Source: Patescibacteria group bacterium (GTDB lineage: Bacteria > Patescibacteriota > Minisyncoccia > Moranbacterales > UBA2206). Taken from it: DNA of 52,465 nt. The translations under genes were made by a program, and so were the position numbers. The notes under the pieces are model-generated. The model searched no databases. It was not told the DNA's origin and worked only from the letters and a program-made list of their open reading frames with translations. Shown here piece after piece: positions 27,179 through 35,715 of the stretch (position 1 is its first letter; every line of letters begins with the position of its first letter). The DNA lies in contig JAKLIG010000004.1 of NCBI GenBank assembly GCA_022709735.1, positions 66,240-118,704 on the forward strand. The letters are read 5' to 3'.

Positions 27179-27307
27179 TTAAGACTTGCGTGTTTGGCGA
27201 GAAATTACTCATAGCAGGTATTTTTTGCAAATTAGCCTGAGTTAGATCTAATTTATGTGCAAAAGATATGTTTTAGTAATTTTGAGACAAATGTGCAAGT
27301 CTTATAA
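27179..27307 (+). ncRNA. ~130-nt long imperfect hairpin filling the asd/ribH convergent spacer (function unknown)
   Basis: ttaagacttgcgtgtttggcgagaaattact pairs with agtaattttgagacaaatgtgcaagtcttataa. Inner stems tattttttgca/tgcaaaagata and aaattag/ctaattt. Several G.U pairs form only if the + strand is read. Confidence 0.5.
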
Positions 27308-27315
27308 GCGCTAGT

Positions 27316-27777
27316 TTAAAAACTTTCAATAATTTCCAAAACTGCGTTAGCCGCTTCTCCGCCCTTGTTGCATTTATTGCTTGATCGATCTTGCGCTTGC
27401 TTCAAATTATTTGTGGTTATCACGCCAAAACCAATCGGCAAAGAAAATTTTAACATCACTTCCATTATCCCCTGGGAAACTTCACTGGAAATATAATAAT
27501 AATGGTCCGTATCTCCTTTTATCACACACCCGATGGCAATGAGGCCGTCGTATTTTTTTGTCTGCGCCAGTTTCTGACAAGAGAGTGGGATTTCAAAAGA
27601 ACCTGGAACCCAAATAATTTTGATATTATTTTTTTTAACTTTATTTTTTTCCAAAATCGCTATCGCGCCATCTAACATTTTTTCAGTAATATCCTTATTG
27701 AAGCTAGAAACAACAATCGCAATCTTATATTTGCTTGCATCGATTATTTTTTCGCTGGATTTATTTTTTCTTTGCAT
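27316..27777 (-). CDS. ribH: 6,7-dimethyl-8-ribityllumazine synthase
   Basis: IAIVVSSFNKDITEKMLDGA...VPGSFEIP...GCVIKGDTDHYYYI signature. Confidence 0.9.
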   Translation of the reverse strand: MQRKNKSSEKIIDASKYKIAIVVSSFNKDITEKMLDGAIAILEKNKVKKNNIKIIWVPGSFEIPLSCQKLAQTKKYDGLIAIGCVIKGDTDHYYYISSEVSQGIMEVMLKFSLPIGFGVITTNNLKQAQDRSSNKCNKGGEAANAVLEIIESF

Positions 27778-28366
27778 AGTTTTGACTTCTTAATAATTTA
27801 TCTAAATACTTAGCCAGAACATCCGTCTCGATATTCACTTCTTCACCTATTTTTATTTTTCCTAAATTAGTATTTTCCAAAGTATAGCTTACCAGAGAAA
27901 TTGAAAACCAATCATACCCAGTATCCACCACTGTGAGGCTGATTCCATCGACCGAAACAGAACCCTTGTCTGCCACCAGTCTCATAAATTTTTGCGGAAT
28001 TTGTATTTTCATTACTTTGGATTCTTTGTCTTTTTTGATATTAATTATTTTTCCGCGTGTATCAATATGCCCCTGCACAATATGACCATCCAAAAGATCA
28101 TTCATCTTCAAGCTTTTTTCTAAATTTACTTCTGTTCCTTTTTTCCATTCGCCGGCCGTAGTTTTTTTTATCGTCTCTGGCATATATTCCACTTCGAAAA
28201 TTTTTGTATTAACTCTTTTGATGGTTGAACAGATACCATTTATAGAAATACTTTCTCCTTCCCAAATTTTCCAGCTCTTGGGGCGAGAAATTTCCAAAAA
28301 CAAGCTGCCTTTTTTGAAAGCAACTTTTTCAACTGTTGATAATTTTCTAATAATTCCAGTAAACAT
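27761..28366 (-). CDS. ribE: riboflavin synthase alpha subunit
   Basis: MFTGII start and duplicated lumazine-binding repeats (SISINGICSTI / SVSVDGISLTV). Confidence 0.9.
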   Translation of the reverse strand: MFTGIIRKLSTVEKVAFKKGSLFLEISRPKSWKIWEGESISINGICSTIKRVNTKIFEVEYMPETIKKTTAGEWKKGTEVNLEKSLKMNDLLDGHIVQGHIDTRGKIINIKKDKESKVMKIQIPQKFMRLVADKGSVSVDGISLTVVDTGYDWFSISLVSYTLENTNLGKIKIGEEVNIETDVLAKYLDKLLRSQNYAKKK

Positions 28367-28368
28367 GT

Positions 28369-28713
28369 TTATTCTTTTTTTATTATTTCCAGATCTTTTT
28401 TAATTTGCGAAATTAATTCTGAATTATTTTTAAAATTTATAATATTCCTGATTTTTTTGCCTATTTCCAATCCTATTTTTTTTCCGTATAAATCTCCAGA
28501 AAAATCTAATATATGCATTTCTATTATATCCGCTCCGGCTTTGTATATTATCCCGGCTTTGTATTTTTGCCCTTGAATTGCCACCCAACCCGAGTAGACC
28601 CCTGCTTCAAGTTTTCCGTTAAACTTTAAATTAGCCGTAGGAAAGCCAAATCTACGACCTTCTTTTCGCCCATGAATAACTTTTCCTGCTATTTTCAAAT
28701 AATCGCTCTGCAT
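28369..28713 (-). CDS. riboflavin kinase (stand-alone kinase domain)
   Basis: GKVIHGRKEGRRFGFPTANL motif. 114 aa, no FMN adenylyltransferase domain. Confidence 0.8.
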   Translation of the reverse strand: MQSDYLKIAGKVIHGRKEGRRFGFPTANLKFNGKLEAGVYSGWVAIQGQKYKAGIIYKAGADIIEMHILDFSGDLYGKKIGLEIGKKIRNIINFKNNSELISQIKKDLEIIKKE

Positions 28714-28790
28714 AAGTTAAATTCTAACAAGAGCGCTAGATATTGGCAAATATCTTTCCTTTTGCTAGTATTTAATATAATCTTAATTTT

Positions 28791-29693
28791 ATGGGTAAAA
28801 TTATTGTCATTTTGGGACCGACTTCCAGCGGAAAATCTTCTGTTGCTATTTCACTTGCCCAAAAATTCAGAGGAGAAATAATAAGTGCTGATTCTCGCCA
28901 GATTTATCGCGGAATGGATGTGGGAACCGGCAAGATTACAAAAGCCGAACAAAAAATGGCCAAGCACTACGGGGTTGATATAATAAGTCCTAAAACTGAT
29001 TATAATGCTTCGAAGTTTAAAAAATACGCGGACAAAATTATTGCTGATATTTTGAAGCGCGGAAAAGTGCCTATCATTTGCGGAGGCACTGGCTTTTGGA
29101 TAAAGGCTATAATTGATAATGTTGTTTATCCAGAAGTTGCTCCTAATTGGGAATTACGTAATAAATTACGTAATTACTCCGCAGAGAAATTGTTTAAAAT
29201 GCTTCAAAAATTAGATCCCGTTCGCGCAAAAAATATTGATGCAAAAAATCCAGTTCGCTTAATCCGCGCGATTGAAATTTGTAAAACACTCGGAAAAGTC
29301 CCTGCCATTTACGAACTACGAAATGAACGAAAGTACGAAACACTACAAATAGGAATCAATTTACCCCAAAAAAAGCTTTATGAGAATATTAATAAAAGAT
29401 TAAAAAAACGTTTCAAGCTTGGTATGATTGAAGAAGTAAAAAAATTACACTTTAACGATAAAATCAGCTGGAAAAAACTCCAAAGTTTCGGACTGGGATA
29501 CTCGCTTATCCCAAAATATATTCAAGGCGAAATAAAATCTAAAGAGGAACTCTTTGAAAAAATTTTCCAAGCCGAAAAAAATTACGCCAAACGCCAAATG
29601 ACTTGGTTTAAAAAAGACAGTAGGATTATTTGGTTGGAAAATTACCTGGAAATTATAAAAGAAACAACAAAATTTTTACTAAATAACCCTTGA
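28791..29693 (+). CDS. miaA: tRNA dimethylallyltransferase
   Basis: P-loop GPTSSGKS, DSRQIYRGMDVGTGK. Contains in-frame 'tacgaa'-type repeats. Confidence 0.9.
   Translation: MGKIIVILGPTSSGKSSVAISLAQKFRGEIISADSRQIYRGMDVGTGKITKAEQKMAKHYGVDIISPKTDYNASKFKKYADKIIADILKRGKVPIICGGTGFWIKAIIDNVVYPEVAPNWELRNKLRNYSAEKLFKMLQKLDPVRAKNIDAKNPVRLIRAIEICKTLGKVPAIYELRNERKYETLQIGINLPQKKLYENINKRLKKRFKLGMIEEVKKLHFNDKISWKKLQSFGLGYSLIPKYIQGEIKSKEELFEKIFQAEKNYAKRQMTWFKKDSRIIWLENYLEIIKETTKFLLNNP
29308..29340. repeat. 'tacgaa' repeat unit in frame in miaA (IYELRNERKYET)
   Basis: tttacgaactacgaaatgaacgaaagtacgaaa shares 17-nt and 13-nt identical blocks with intergenic 789-831. Confidence 0.85.
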
Positions 29694-29772
29694 CAAATAT
29701 ATTATATTTCTATATATTTTCCTTATTGTGTTGCATTAATCTTTGTTAAAACATTTAACGCGGGAGGTTGTG

Positions 29773-29919
29773 ATGAAAAAGAAAAAACGGTATGCAAGGT
29801 ATCTAGTATGCCCAAGGTGCAATGGCAATAAGTGGGATAAAATAGGTTGCCGAAGATGCAACAGTATGGGCAAAATAAGAGGCAATACAAGAAGGCGAGG
29901 AGGAAAGGGACATTATTAA
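29773..29919 (+). CDS. small zinc-ribbon protein (48 aa)
   Basis: Own translation: MKKKKRYARYLVCPRCNGNKWDKIGCRRCNSMGKIRGNTRRRGGKGHY. RBS gggagg lies 5 nt upstream and a terminator follows. Below the track size cutoff. It replaces the antisense track ORF 29723-29938. Confidence 0.55.
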   Translation: MKKKKRYARYLVCPRCNGNKWDKIGCRRCNSMGKIRGNTRRRGGKGHY

Positions 29920-29932
29920 TCTCGGCAAAGAA

Positions 29933-29970
29933 AAGCATTTCGGGAAAATATATTCCCGGAATGCTTTTTT
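29933..29970 (+). terminator. intrinsic terminator
   Basis: agcatttcggga / tcccggaatgct stem, then tttttt. Confidence 0.75.
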
Positions 29971-29994
29971 AAATAGAACTTTTTCGCATTATTA

Positions 29995-30168
29995 TTCAGC
30001 CTATTTCGGCGACGATACAAATTGAAGTTTGCGAGCGTAAAAAATTTACTCATTATTATCCTTAGGGAAGTTTAGTAAATTTAGCGAGCAAACTGAAAAT
30101 TTGTCGGAGACGAAATTGGGCTGAGAGTTTTCTTTTGTTGCTTTTCTTTTGCGGAAAAAGAAAAGCAA
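29995..30168 (+). repeat. structured ~170-nt repeat family, copy C
   Basis: ttcagcctatttcggcgacgatacaaattgaagtttgcgagcg...tagcgagcaaactgaaaatttgtcggagacgaaattgggctgagag, then tgcttttcttt-tgcggaa-aaagaaaagca. Followed by the + strand hairpin agccagaa/ttctggct and a T-run at 30188-30215. Confidence 0.85.
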
Positions 30169-30235
30169 AGAGCCTTTAAATAGTTAAGCCAGAAACAATG
30201 TTCTGGCTTTTTAGTTTGGAAAAATAATTCTTTGA

Positions 30236-30415
30236 TTATTTTTCCTGCCGGCATTTTATACATTCCTTTTGGGAATAAGCCGGCTGGAAACATTTCTCAC
30301 ATCCAGCTGTGTTCCTCCAAACACATACCGGACATTCTTTTTTTCTGCAGATGCACTTTTCGAAATCTACCTCTCCCATTTCTTGAAGTTGCTTAAGAGT
30401 AGCTCCTCCGGCCAT
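30236..30415 (-). CDS. Cys-rich small protein (59 aa, 8 Cys)
   Basis: Own translation: MAGGATLKQLQEMGEVDFEKCICRKKECPVCVWRNTAGCEKCFQPAYSQKECIKCRQEK. AAGGAGG lies 7 nt upstream of the ATG. One residue below the track cutoff. Confidence 0.55.
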   Translation of the reverse strand: MAGGATLKQLQEMGEVDFEKCICRKKECPVCVWRNTAGCEKCFQPAYSQKECIKCRQEK

Positions 30416-30450
30416 AAGATTTACCTCCTTGTTGTTTGCATAAAGAACAT

Positions 30451-30477
30451 AAAAAAAAATCCGCCTAATTGGCGGAT
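30451..30477 (-). terminator. intrinsic terminator (minus strand)
   Basis: atccgcc-taatt-ggcggat, with a 9-A run on + (a T-run on the minus strand). Confidence 0.6.
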
Positions 30478-30633
30478 TTCCTATTTACTATAAATATTAA
30501 AAATTCCTTGAATTTAAACCTATCAAATTTTTTTCTTCTATTTTTCATATCCAAGGGATATTCTACACCCTTTTTATAATATTAGCAACAGTAAACTGTA
30601 ACTTAGGCTTAAATAAAGTTATTTCTATATTAT

Positions 30634-30957
30634 TTAGAACATTATTATATCATTAGATTCAACAAAAATAAAATAAAAAATTAACCATGCCCATAAAGAT
30701 AAAGATGTCGTTAAAAATAAAAAGAACTTAAAATTTTCAATTAATTTATTTCTATTATTGCTAAAATTAAAAAATAAAAGTATCAAAGCGCTTAATACAA
30801 ATATGCCTAAAATTAAATTAGTCATACCGGGGTATTTTGGAGAATAAGGCAACAACATTCTATTGAGATAATTTTTGACTACTAAAAAAATTACAAGGAT
30901 ACTTATAATAAAAAACCAGGGCCATTTTATTTTTTTAATTTTATCAAAATTAATCAT
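30634..30957 (-). CDS. membrane protein (hypothetical, 3 predicted TM)
   Basis: 107-aa hydrophobic ORF directly downstream of gatB on the same strand. Confidence 0.5.
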   Translation of the reverse strand: MINFDKIKKIKWPWFFIISILVIFLVVKNYLNRMLLPYSPKYPGMTNLILGIFVLSALILLFFNFSNNRNKLIENFKFFLFLTTSLSLWAWLIFYFIFVESNDIIMF

Positions 30958-30967
30958 ATTATTTTTA

Positions 30968-32476
30968 TTATAATTTATTGTGCAATATCTCCTGCACTTT
31001 TTGTGGGTTGGCTTTCCCTTTTGTTTCTTTCATAATCTGTCCAATCAAAAACTTAAGCGCATTTTCTTTGCCAGCTTTGAAATCAGCTACTGATTTTTCA
31101 TTTTTAGCCAAAACCTCATCCATGATTTTTTCTAATTCCTCTGAATTATCCATCTGCGCCAAATTTTTTTCTTCGATTATCTGCGATGGATCTCCGCCAG
31201 TTTTATACATTTCCAAAAGTACAGTTTGCGCTGCGCTGGAATTTATTTTTCCAGAGGCGACTATGCAAATCAGCTCGGCATAATTTTCCGGCGTAATTTT
31301 TATATCTTGAATTATATGATTTTCCAAAATCATATGACGCCTAAGTTCTGTTATCGCATAATTAGCCGCTAGTTTTATAGTTTTATCTTCCGCGCATTCA
31401 TATTCCTTGCATCCCATTTTTTCTTTTATCTCGCTCACGACTTGCTCAAAATACTCGGCCAATTCTTTTTCGGCCACCAAAACTGCTGTGTCATTTTCCG
31501 GAAGATTATATTCCTCTCCAAACCTTTTAGCTTTTTGATCAGGAAGCTCTGGTAATTTTCTTTTTAGATTATCTATATATTCCTGGTCAAATTTGAGTGG
31601 CGGAATATCCGGCTCGGGAAAATAACGATAATCATGAGCCGACTCTTTTGTCCGTTGGGAAACTGTTTCTCCTTTATTAGCGTCCCATCCTCTCGTTTCC
31701 TGGATTATTTTTTCACCTTTTTCGAGCATCTCTGTTTGTCTTTCAATTTCAAAATTGATTGCTTTCTCGACAAACTTAAAGGAATTGATATTTTTCACTT
31801 CGACTTTCGTGCCGGATAATTTGTCTTCGCCTTTTTTATAAAGTGAGATATTAGCTTCGCATCGCATATTGCCTTTTTCCATATCGGCATCAGAAATTTC
31901 CAGATACCGACAAATCTGCTGAAGTTTTTGGCAAAAAATTCGCGCTTCTTCGCCCGTTTCAATATCTGGCTCTGTCACAAGCTCCATAAGTGGCACACCA
32001 GCCCGATTAAAGTCCACCAAAGTATAATCCACGCCTTTAGGATGAATAAGCTTGCCTGTGTCCTCTTCAAGATGAATTCTCGTTATTCCTATTTCTTTCC
32101 CGCCTCGCGTCGACGAAGCGTCTCCGCGAGTCGAGGCGGGCCCATTTATTATTAATTTCCCTTTTTCGCAAAAGGGTTGATCATATTGCGAGATTTGGTA
32201 ACCTTTCGGAAGATCGGGATAAAAATAATTCTTTCGGTCAAACTTTGAAACTTGTCGCAAAGTGCAGCCCAACGCTAATCCAGCCAGTTGTGTAAATTCA
32301 ATCGCTTGGCGGTTTGGCACCGGAAGCGTTCCGGGTTGCCCTGTGCAAACCGGACAAATATTAACATTAGGCTCTCTTTCGAGCCCTAGACCATTTTTGG
32401 AATCACAAAACATCTTTGATTTAGTTTTTAGTTCAACATGGATCTCCATGCCGATAACAGGCGTGTATTTTTTCAT
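30968..32476 (-). CDS. gatB: Asp/Glu-tRNA amidotransferase subunit B
   Basis: VIGMEIHVELKT...CPVCTGQPGTLP...NRAGVPLMELVTEPD, and C-terminal GatB/YqeY domain. Confidence 0.95.
   Translation of the reverse strand: MKKYTPVIGMEIHVELKTKSKMFCDSKNGLGLEREPNVNICPVCTGQPGTLPVPNRQAIEFTQLAGLALGCTLRQVSKFDRKNYFYPDLPKGYQISQYDQPFCEKGKLIINGPASTRGDASSTRGGKEIGITRIHLEEDTGKLIHPKGVDYTLVDFNRAGVPLMELVTEPDIETGEEARIFCQKLQQICRYLEISDADMEKGNMRCEANISLYKKGEDKLSGTKVEVKNINSFKFVEKAINFEIERQTEMLEKGEKIIQETRGWDANKGETVSQRTKESAHDYRYFPEPDIPPLKFDQEYIDNLKRKLPELPDQKAKRFGEEYNLPENDTAVLVAEKELAEYFEQVVSEIKEKMGCKEYECAEDKTIKLAANYAITELRRHMILENHIIQDIKITPENYAELICIVASGKINSSAAQTVLLEMYKTGGDPSQIIEEKNLAQMDNSEELEKIMDEVLAKNEKSVADFKAGKENALKFLIGQIMKETKGKANPQKVQEILHNKL
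32099..32140. repeat. GC-rich palindrome in frame in gatB (GPASTRGDASSTRGG)
   Basis: ccgcctcg...cgaggcgg outer stem around cgtcgacgaagcgtctccgcgagt. GC-rich against an AT-rich gene. Confidence 0.75.
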
Positions 32477-32485
32477 AAAAAATTA

Positions 32486-33025
32486 TCACTTAATTAATTT
32501 TTTCCAATTTTTCTTATAATATTCAAACTTTTTATCAAATTTTTCTTTTTTTGTTTCTTCTATCCCCAATGATTTAATTCTAACTCTAAGTATATTAGTT
32601 ATTTTTTCTTTTTCTATCGGCTTACACATTTTTTCCAGTTCAATAATATATCCGTATCCCTTAGTGTCATCTACTGCGACATTTATTCCTTTCCATAAAA
32701 AAGCATTCCTCTTGCGAAACCATTCTATTTTAACTTCATAATCCAGTGCTTCAAATAATTTTTTTGCATTTTCAAACTCATTTTTATCAATTTTTATTTC
32801 AATTTCTTCCCGGGAATCTTCATGCATTTTTCCTTTTTTGAGCCATATTTTTGCAGATTTATTGCTTTTCTGAATTCTTAAATCATTTTCGCCAGAAAAA
32901 TAATATGAAACTTGCCTTTCTTCTCCTAAAAACTTGCCATCTTTTTTGAAAAATTTCAAAAGATCTTGGTGTTGTTTCTTAGTGATTAGACTTCTTATCT
33001 CCGTTTCAATATTTTTTTGCTTCAT
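32486..33025 (-). CDS. CYTH domain protein (CyaB/ThTPase-like triphosphate tunnel enzyme)
   Basis: N-terminal ETEIR (ExExK-like), LRIQ, EEIEIKI, GYIIELE strands typical of CYTH. Confidence 0.7.
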   Translation of the reverse strand: MKQKNIETEIRSLITKKQHQDLLKFFKKDGKFLGEERQVSYYFSGENDLRIQKSNKSAKIWLKKGKMHEDSREEIEIKIDKNEFENAKKLFEALDYEVKIEWFRKRNAFLWKGINVAVDDTKGYGYIIELEKMCKPIEKEKITNILRVRIKSLGIEETKKEKFDKKFEYYKKNWKKLIK

Positions 33026-33119
33026 ATTAAATTTATCAAAAAATTTTAGTACAATCCCGTACTTCCAAATGCACCATCTCCCCTATTTGTTTTTCCCATT
33101 TCTATAATATTCATAAAAT

Positions 33120-33557
33120 TTACAGATTTAATTTCAGTTTATTATACATTTCAAACCCCTTGGATAATGCCCTTTTCATTTCATTAGAAACATTTGAAAG
33201 TTTTTTCAACTCTTCATGATTTATCCATCTATACTCTTCGTGCTCGTCCATCAATTCTATATTTTGCATACTTTCTTTGGTTTTAACAAGATACTGAATA
33301 TCTACATTATGTCCTTTGCCTTTCATGGTAATATAGGAAAAGACTGAGCAAGGCGCGATTAATTCTATATCAAGATTGATTTCTTCCTTTGCTTCTCGTT
33401 TCAACGCTTCTTCTGGCGTTTCCCCAAATTCCATTTTCCCTCCAGGAATATCCCAAAATCCTGGTAATAATTTTTCCTTTTTTGATCTTTTTAAAATTAG
33501 AATTCTCCCTTTGCTAAAAAGGAAAGCTCCTACGCCAATTCGCTGGTGTTTTTCCAT
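33120..33557 (-). CDS. Nudix hydrolase
   Basis: Nudix box GGKMEFGETPEEALKREAKEEINL. Confidence 0.85.
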   Translation of the reverse strand: MEKHQRIGVGAFLFSKGRILILKRSKKEKLLPGFWDIPGGKMEFGETPEEALKREAKEEINLDIELIAPCSVFSYITMKGKGHNVDIQYLVKTKESMQNIELMDEHEEYRWINHEELKKLSNVSNEMKRALSKGFEMYNKLKLNL

Positions 33558-34057
33558 TATTTTGTTACTTTATACTTTAAAACCACAGACTCTTCATTGA
33601 TTTTTTCGATTTCCTTGAGTTTTAAGTTCACATCAAAATCTCCCTTGAAAAGCGACAATCCTTCACCAAAAATTTTTGGTTCAATTGTTATATATACTTC
33701 GTCAATTAATTTATGCTTTAAAAATAATCCGTTCAAGAAAGCTCCACCACCGAGCACTGCCGAAGTATATCCCATTTTTTCAAGCTCTCCCAGGACTTTT
33801 TCCGGCTCACCACTTACCCATTTTACTCCTTCTGTCGACTTTGGATTTTTTTCCAACGTAAAAACTACATTTAATCTTTCTTTAAGAGGACTTGGAAAAG
33901 TAGAAAAAGTTTTTTCTCCCATAATAACCACGCCGGCTTCCTTGGAAATTTTAGCAAATCTTTTTTTATCTTCCCGACTTGTCCAATCAGGAAAATGATC
34001 ACTCGTGCGCGCGATTTTTCCATCCAATGTCATTGCCATCAGCATTATAATTTTCAT
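33557..34057 (-). CDS. dihydrofolate reductase-like protein (RibD C-terminal domain family)
   Basis: MAMTLDGKIA...VVIMGEKTFSTF...LGGGAFLNGLFLKHKLIDEVYITIEPKIFG pattern. Confidence 0.75.
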   Translation of the reverse strand: MKIIMLMAMTLDGKIARTSDHFPDWTSREDKKRFAKISKEAGVVIMGEKTFSTFPSPLKERLNVVFTLEKNPKSTEGVKWVSGEPEKVLGELEKMGYTSAVLGGGAFLNGLFLKHKLIDEVYITIEPKIFGEGLSLFKGDFDVNLKLKEIEKINEESVVLKYKVTK

Positions 34058-34076
34058 AATTTAAAAATATAAAAAA

Positions 34077-34667
34077 TTATTTCTTCCAATCACCTGTCTT
34101 GAATCGATTATTTTCAGAATTGAAATGCCAACTATTTATATCGGCTGAATAAATTTTCTTAAACATTTTCTTAGCAGTATTGGTAAATAATTTTTGAGGA
34201 ATTATTTTTTTTCGCGCTTCTGATTTTAATTTGAATATTTTTTCATTAGCGTCTCTTTGCTCCATTAGCTCCATATCAATATCCAGATTATCAGCATCCT
34301 TGACTATTTGAGCTTCAATAGTTTCTTTTTTTTCATTTTCTTGAAACAATTCCATAAATTCCTTTTCAATTGAAGTATTTTTTAACATATCGCGTATGGC
34401 TAATAACCCTTCTCTTTTTGCATATAATCTTGACAAATAATCTACATCTCCAGTTCTACTTTCCGTTATATCATGCATTAAGGCTAATTTTAATAATTTT
34501 CCCTGGTTAATTGCTTTTTCATTGTTAGCAATAATCAAGGCTAGCCACATCACTCTGAAAGTATGTTCTGCATCATTAGCTATATTAGTTAAAAAAAACC
34601 TCTGCCAAGTTCTTTGGAGAAACCTCATTTTGCCAATTTCAAACAGAAAATCTATGTCTTTCTTCAT
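34077..34667 (-). CDS. HD-domain phosphohydrolase (YfbR-like 5'-deoxynucleotidase)
   Basis: EHTFRVMWLALI...LALMHDITESRTGDV, the H...HD...D metal-binding pattern. Confidence 0.75.
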   Translation of the reverse strand: MKKDIDFLFEIGKMRFLQRTWQRFFLTNIANDAEHTFRVMWLALIIANNEKAINQGKLLKLALMHDITESRTGDVDYLSRLYAKREGLLAIRDMLKNTSIEKEFMELFQENEKKETIEAQIVKDADNLDIDMELMEQRDANEKIFKLKSEARKKIIPQKLFTNTAKKMFKKIYSADINSWHFNSENNRFKTGDWKK

Positions 34668-34755
34668 TTTTGATTTTTATTAAAATATTATGTATAATAT
34701 ATATTACCATATAAAAAGGAGGCCGTAAAATAGTTAAAAAAATAACTTAAATAAT

Positions 34756-35706
34756 ATGCAAAAATTTGAAAACATCGTACCAATGAAACCTCTTAAAAAG
34801 CGCACCCCAGATAACCAATATAAGGAACTTCTGCGTGAAATTCTCGAAAAGGGCATTAAAGCAGATTTTAAATCAGGCGCGGTCGGCCCGGATGTTGACG
34901 CTCTCACATTGGTTGGCCCTCGACCAATGCGTTTTAGATTAGAAAATGGATTTCCAATGATCACTGAACGAAATATGGATCCTAAAATGTCAGCTTTGCC
35001 GGTAACTATCTGGCGGCAAGCCATTGCGGAAATTTGTGCTTTTATCAATGGCGCGAGAACTGTGGAAAAATTGGAAGAATTTGGCGTTTATTGGTGGAAA
35101 GATTGGTGCACAGAAAAAAAATGTGCTAAACGCGGCCTTCCGACTGGCGATCTTGGCCCGGGTTCATATGGCGCTGCTTTTCATGATTTTCCCACCTCTG
35201 AAGGAATCCCTTTTAACCAATTTAAAAATATCATCGAGCAGATAAAAGAAGAACCGCAACTTCGCACACATTTTATCTCTCCTTGGATTCCCCAATATAT
35301 TGGCCGAGGTAAAAACAAGATTCAAAAAGTAGTTGTTTGCCCTTGCCATGGATGGCTTAATATTAGAATCATAGGCGGGAAATTAATCCTGAATATGATA
35401 CAGCGGTCCGGAGATGTTCCAATTGGAGTGCCCTCTAATATGGTGCAGTATGCTGCATTAACAATGATGCTGGCCCATGCGACAAACACCATTCCATATG
35501 AATATGTCCATACTATATCTGATGCCCATATTTATATAGATCAAATTCCGGCAGTAGAAAAAATGCTTGAACGAGAATCAAGAGCGTTTCCAACTATGAA
35601 AATGAATATTGAAAAGAAAGATTTGTTTGATTTTAGAAAAGAAGACTTTGAACTTAGCGATTATAATCCGCACCCGGGAATAAAAGGCATCCCAGTAATG
35701 ATTTAA
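34756..35706 (+). CDS. thymidylate synthase (ThyA) family enzyme, divergent
   Basis: CPCH (catalytic Cys), QRSGDVPIGVPSNMVQYA, SDAHIY, C-terminal YNPHPGIKGIPVMI. The DRTGTG and SRR phosphate-binding blocks are altered. Confidence 0.8.
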   Translation: MQKFENIVPMKPLKKRTPDNQYKELLREILEKGIKADFKSGAVGPDVDALTLVGPRPMRFRLENGFPMITERNMDPKMSALPVTIWRQAIAEICAFINGARTVEKLEEFGVYWWKDWCTEKKCAKRGLPTGDLGPGSYGAAFHDFPTSEGIPFNQFKNIIEQIKEEPQLRTHFISPWIPQYIGRGKNKIQKVVVCPCHGWLNIRIIGGKLILNMIQRSGDVPIGVPSNMVQYAALTMMLAHATNTIPYEYVHTISDAHIYIDQIPAVEKMLERESRAFPTMKMNIEKKDLFDFRKEDFELSDYNPHPGIKGIPVMI

Positions 35707-35715
35707 GATAAATTT

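Noticed and set aside
28714-28790. FMN riboswitch upstream of the riboflavin kinase-ribE-ribH operon, and a lysine riboswitch upstream of lysC (24781-24851)
   Set aside because: The spacers are only about 70-77 nt. That is too short for either aptamer, and no conserved riboswitch core sequences are visible.
29723-29938. 71-aa minus-strand ORF
   Set aside because: It is antisense to a better-supported 48-aa zinc-ribbon ORF that has an RBS and a terminator. The minus ORF has no RBS and runs through the + strand terminator.
34716-34722. Orphan AGGAGG in the HD/thyA-like divergent spacer
   Set aside because: No ATG, GTG or TTG lies within 5-12 nt downstream. The thyA-like start is 34 nt away, so I could not attach the motif to any ORF.
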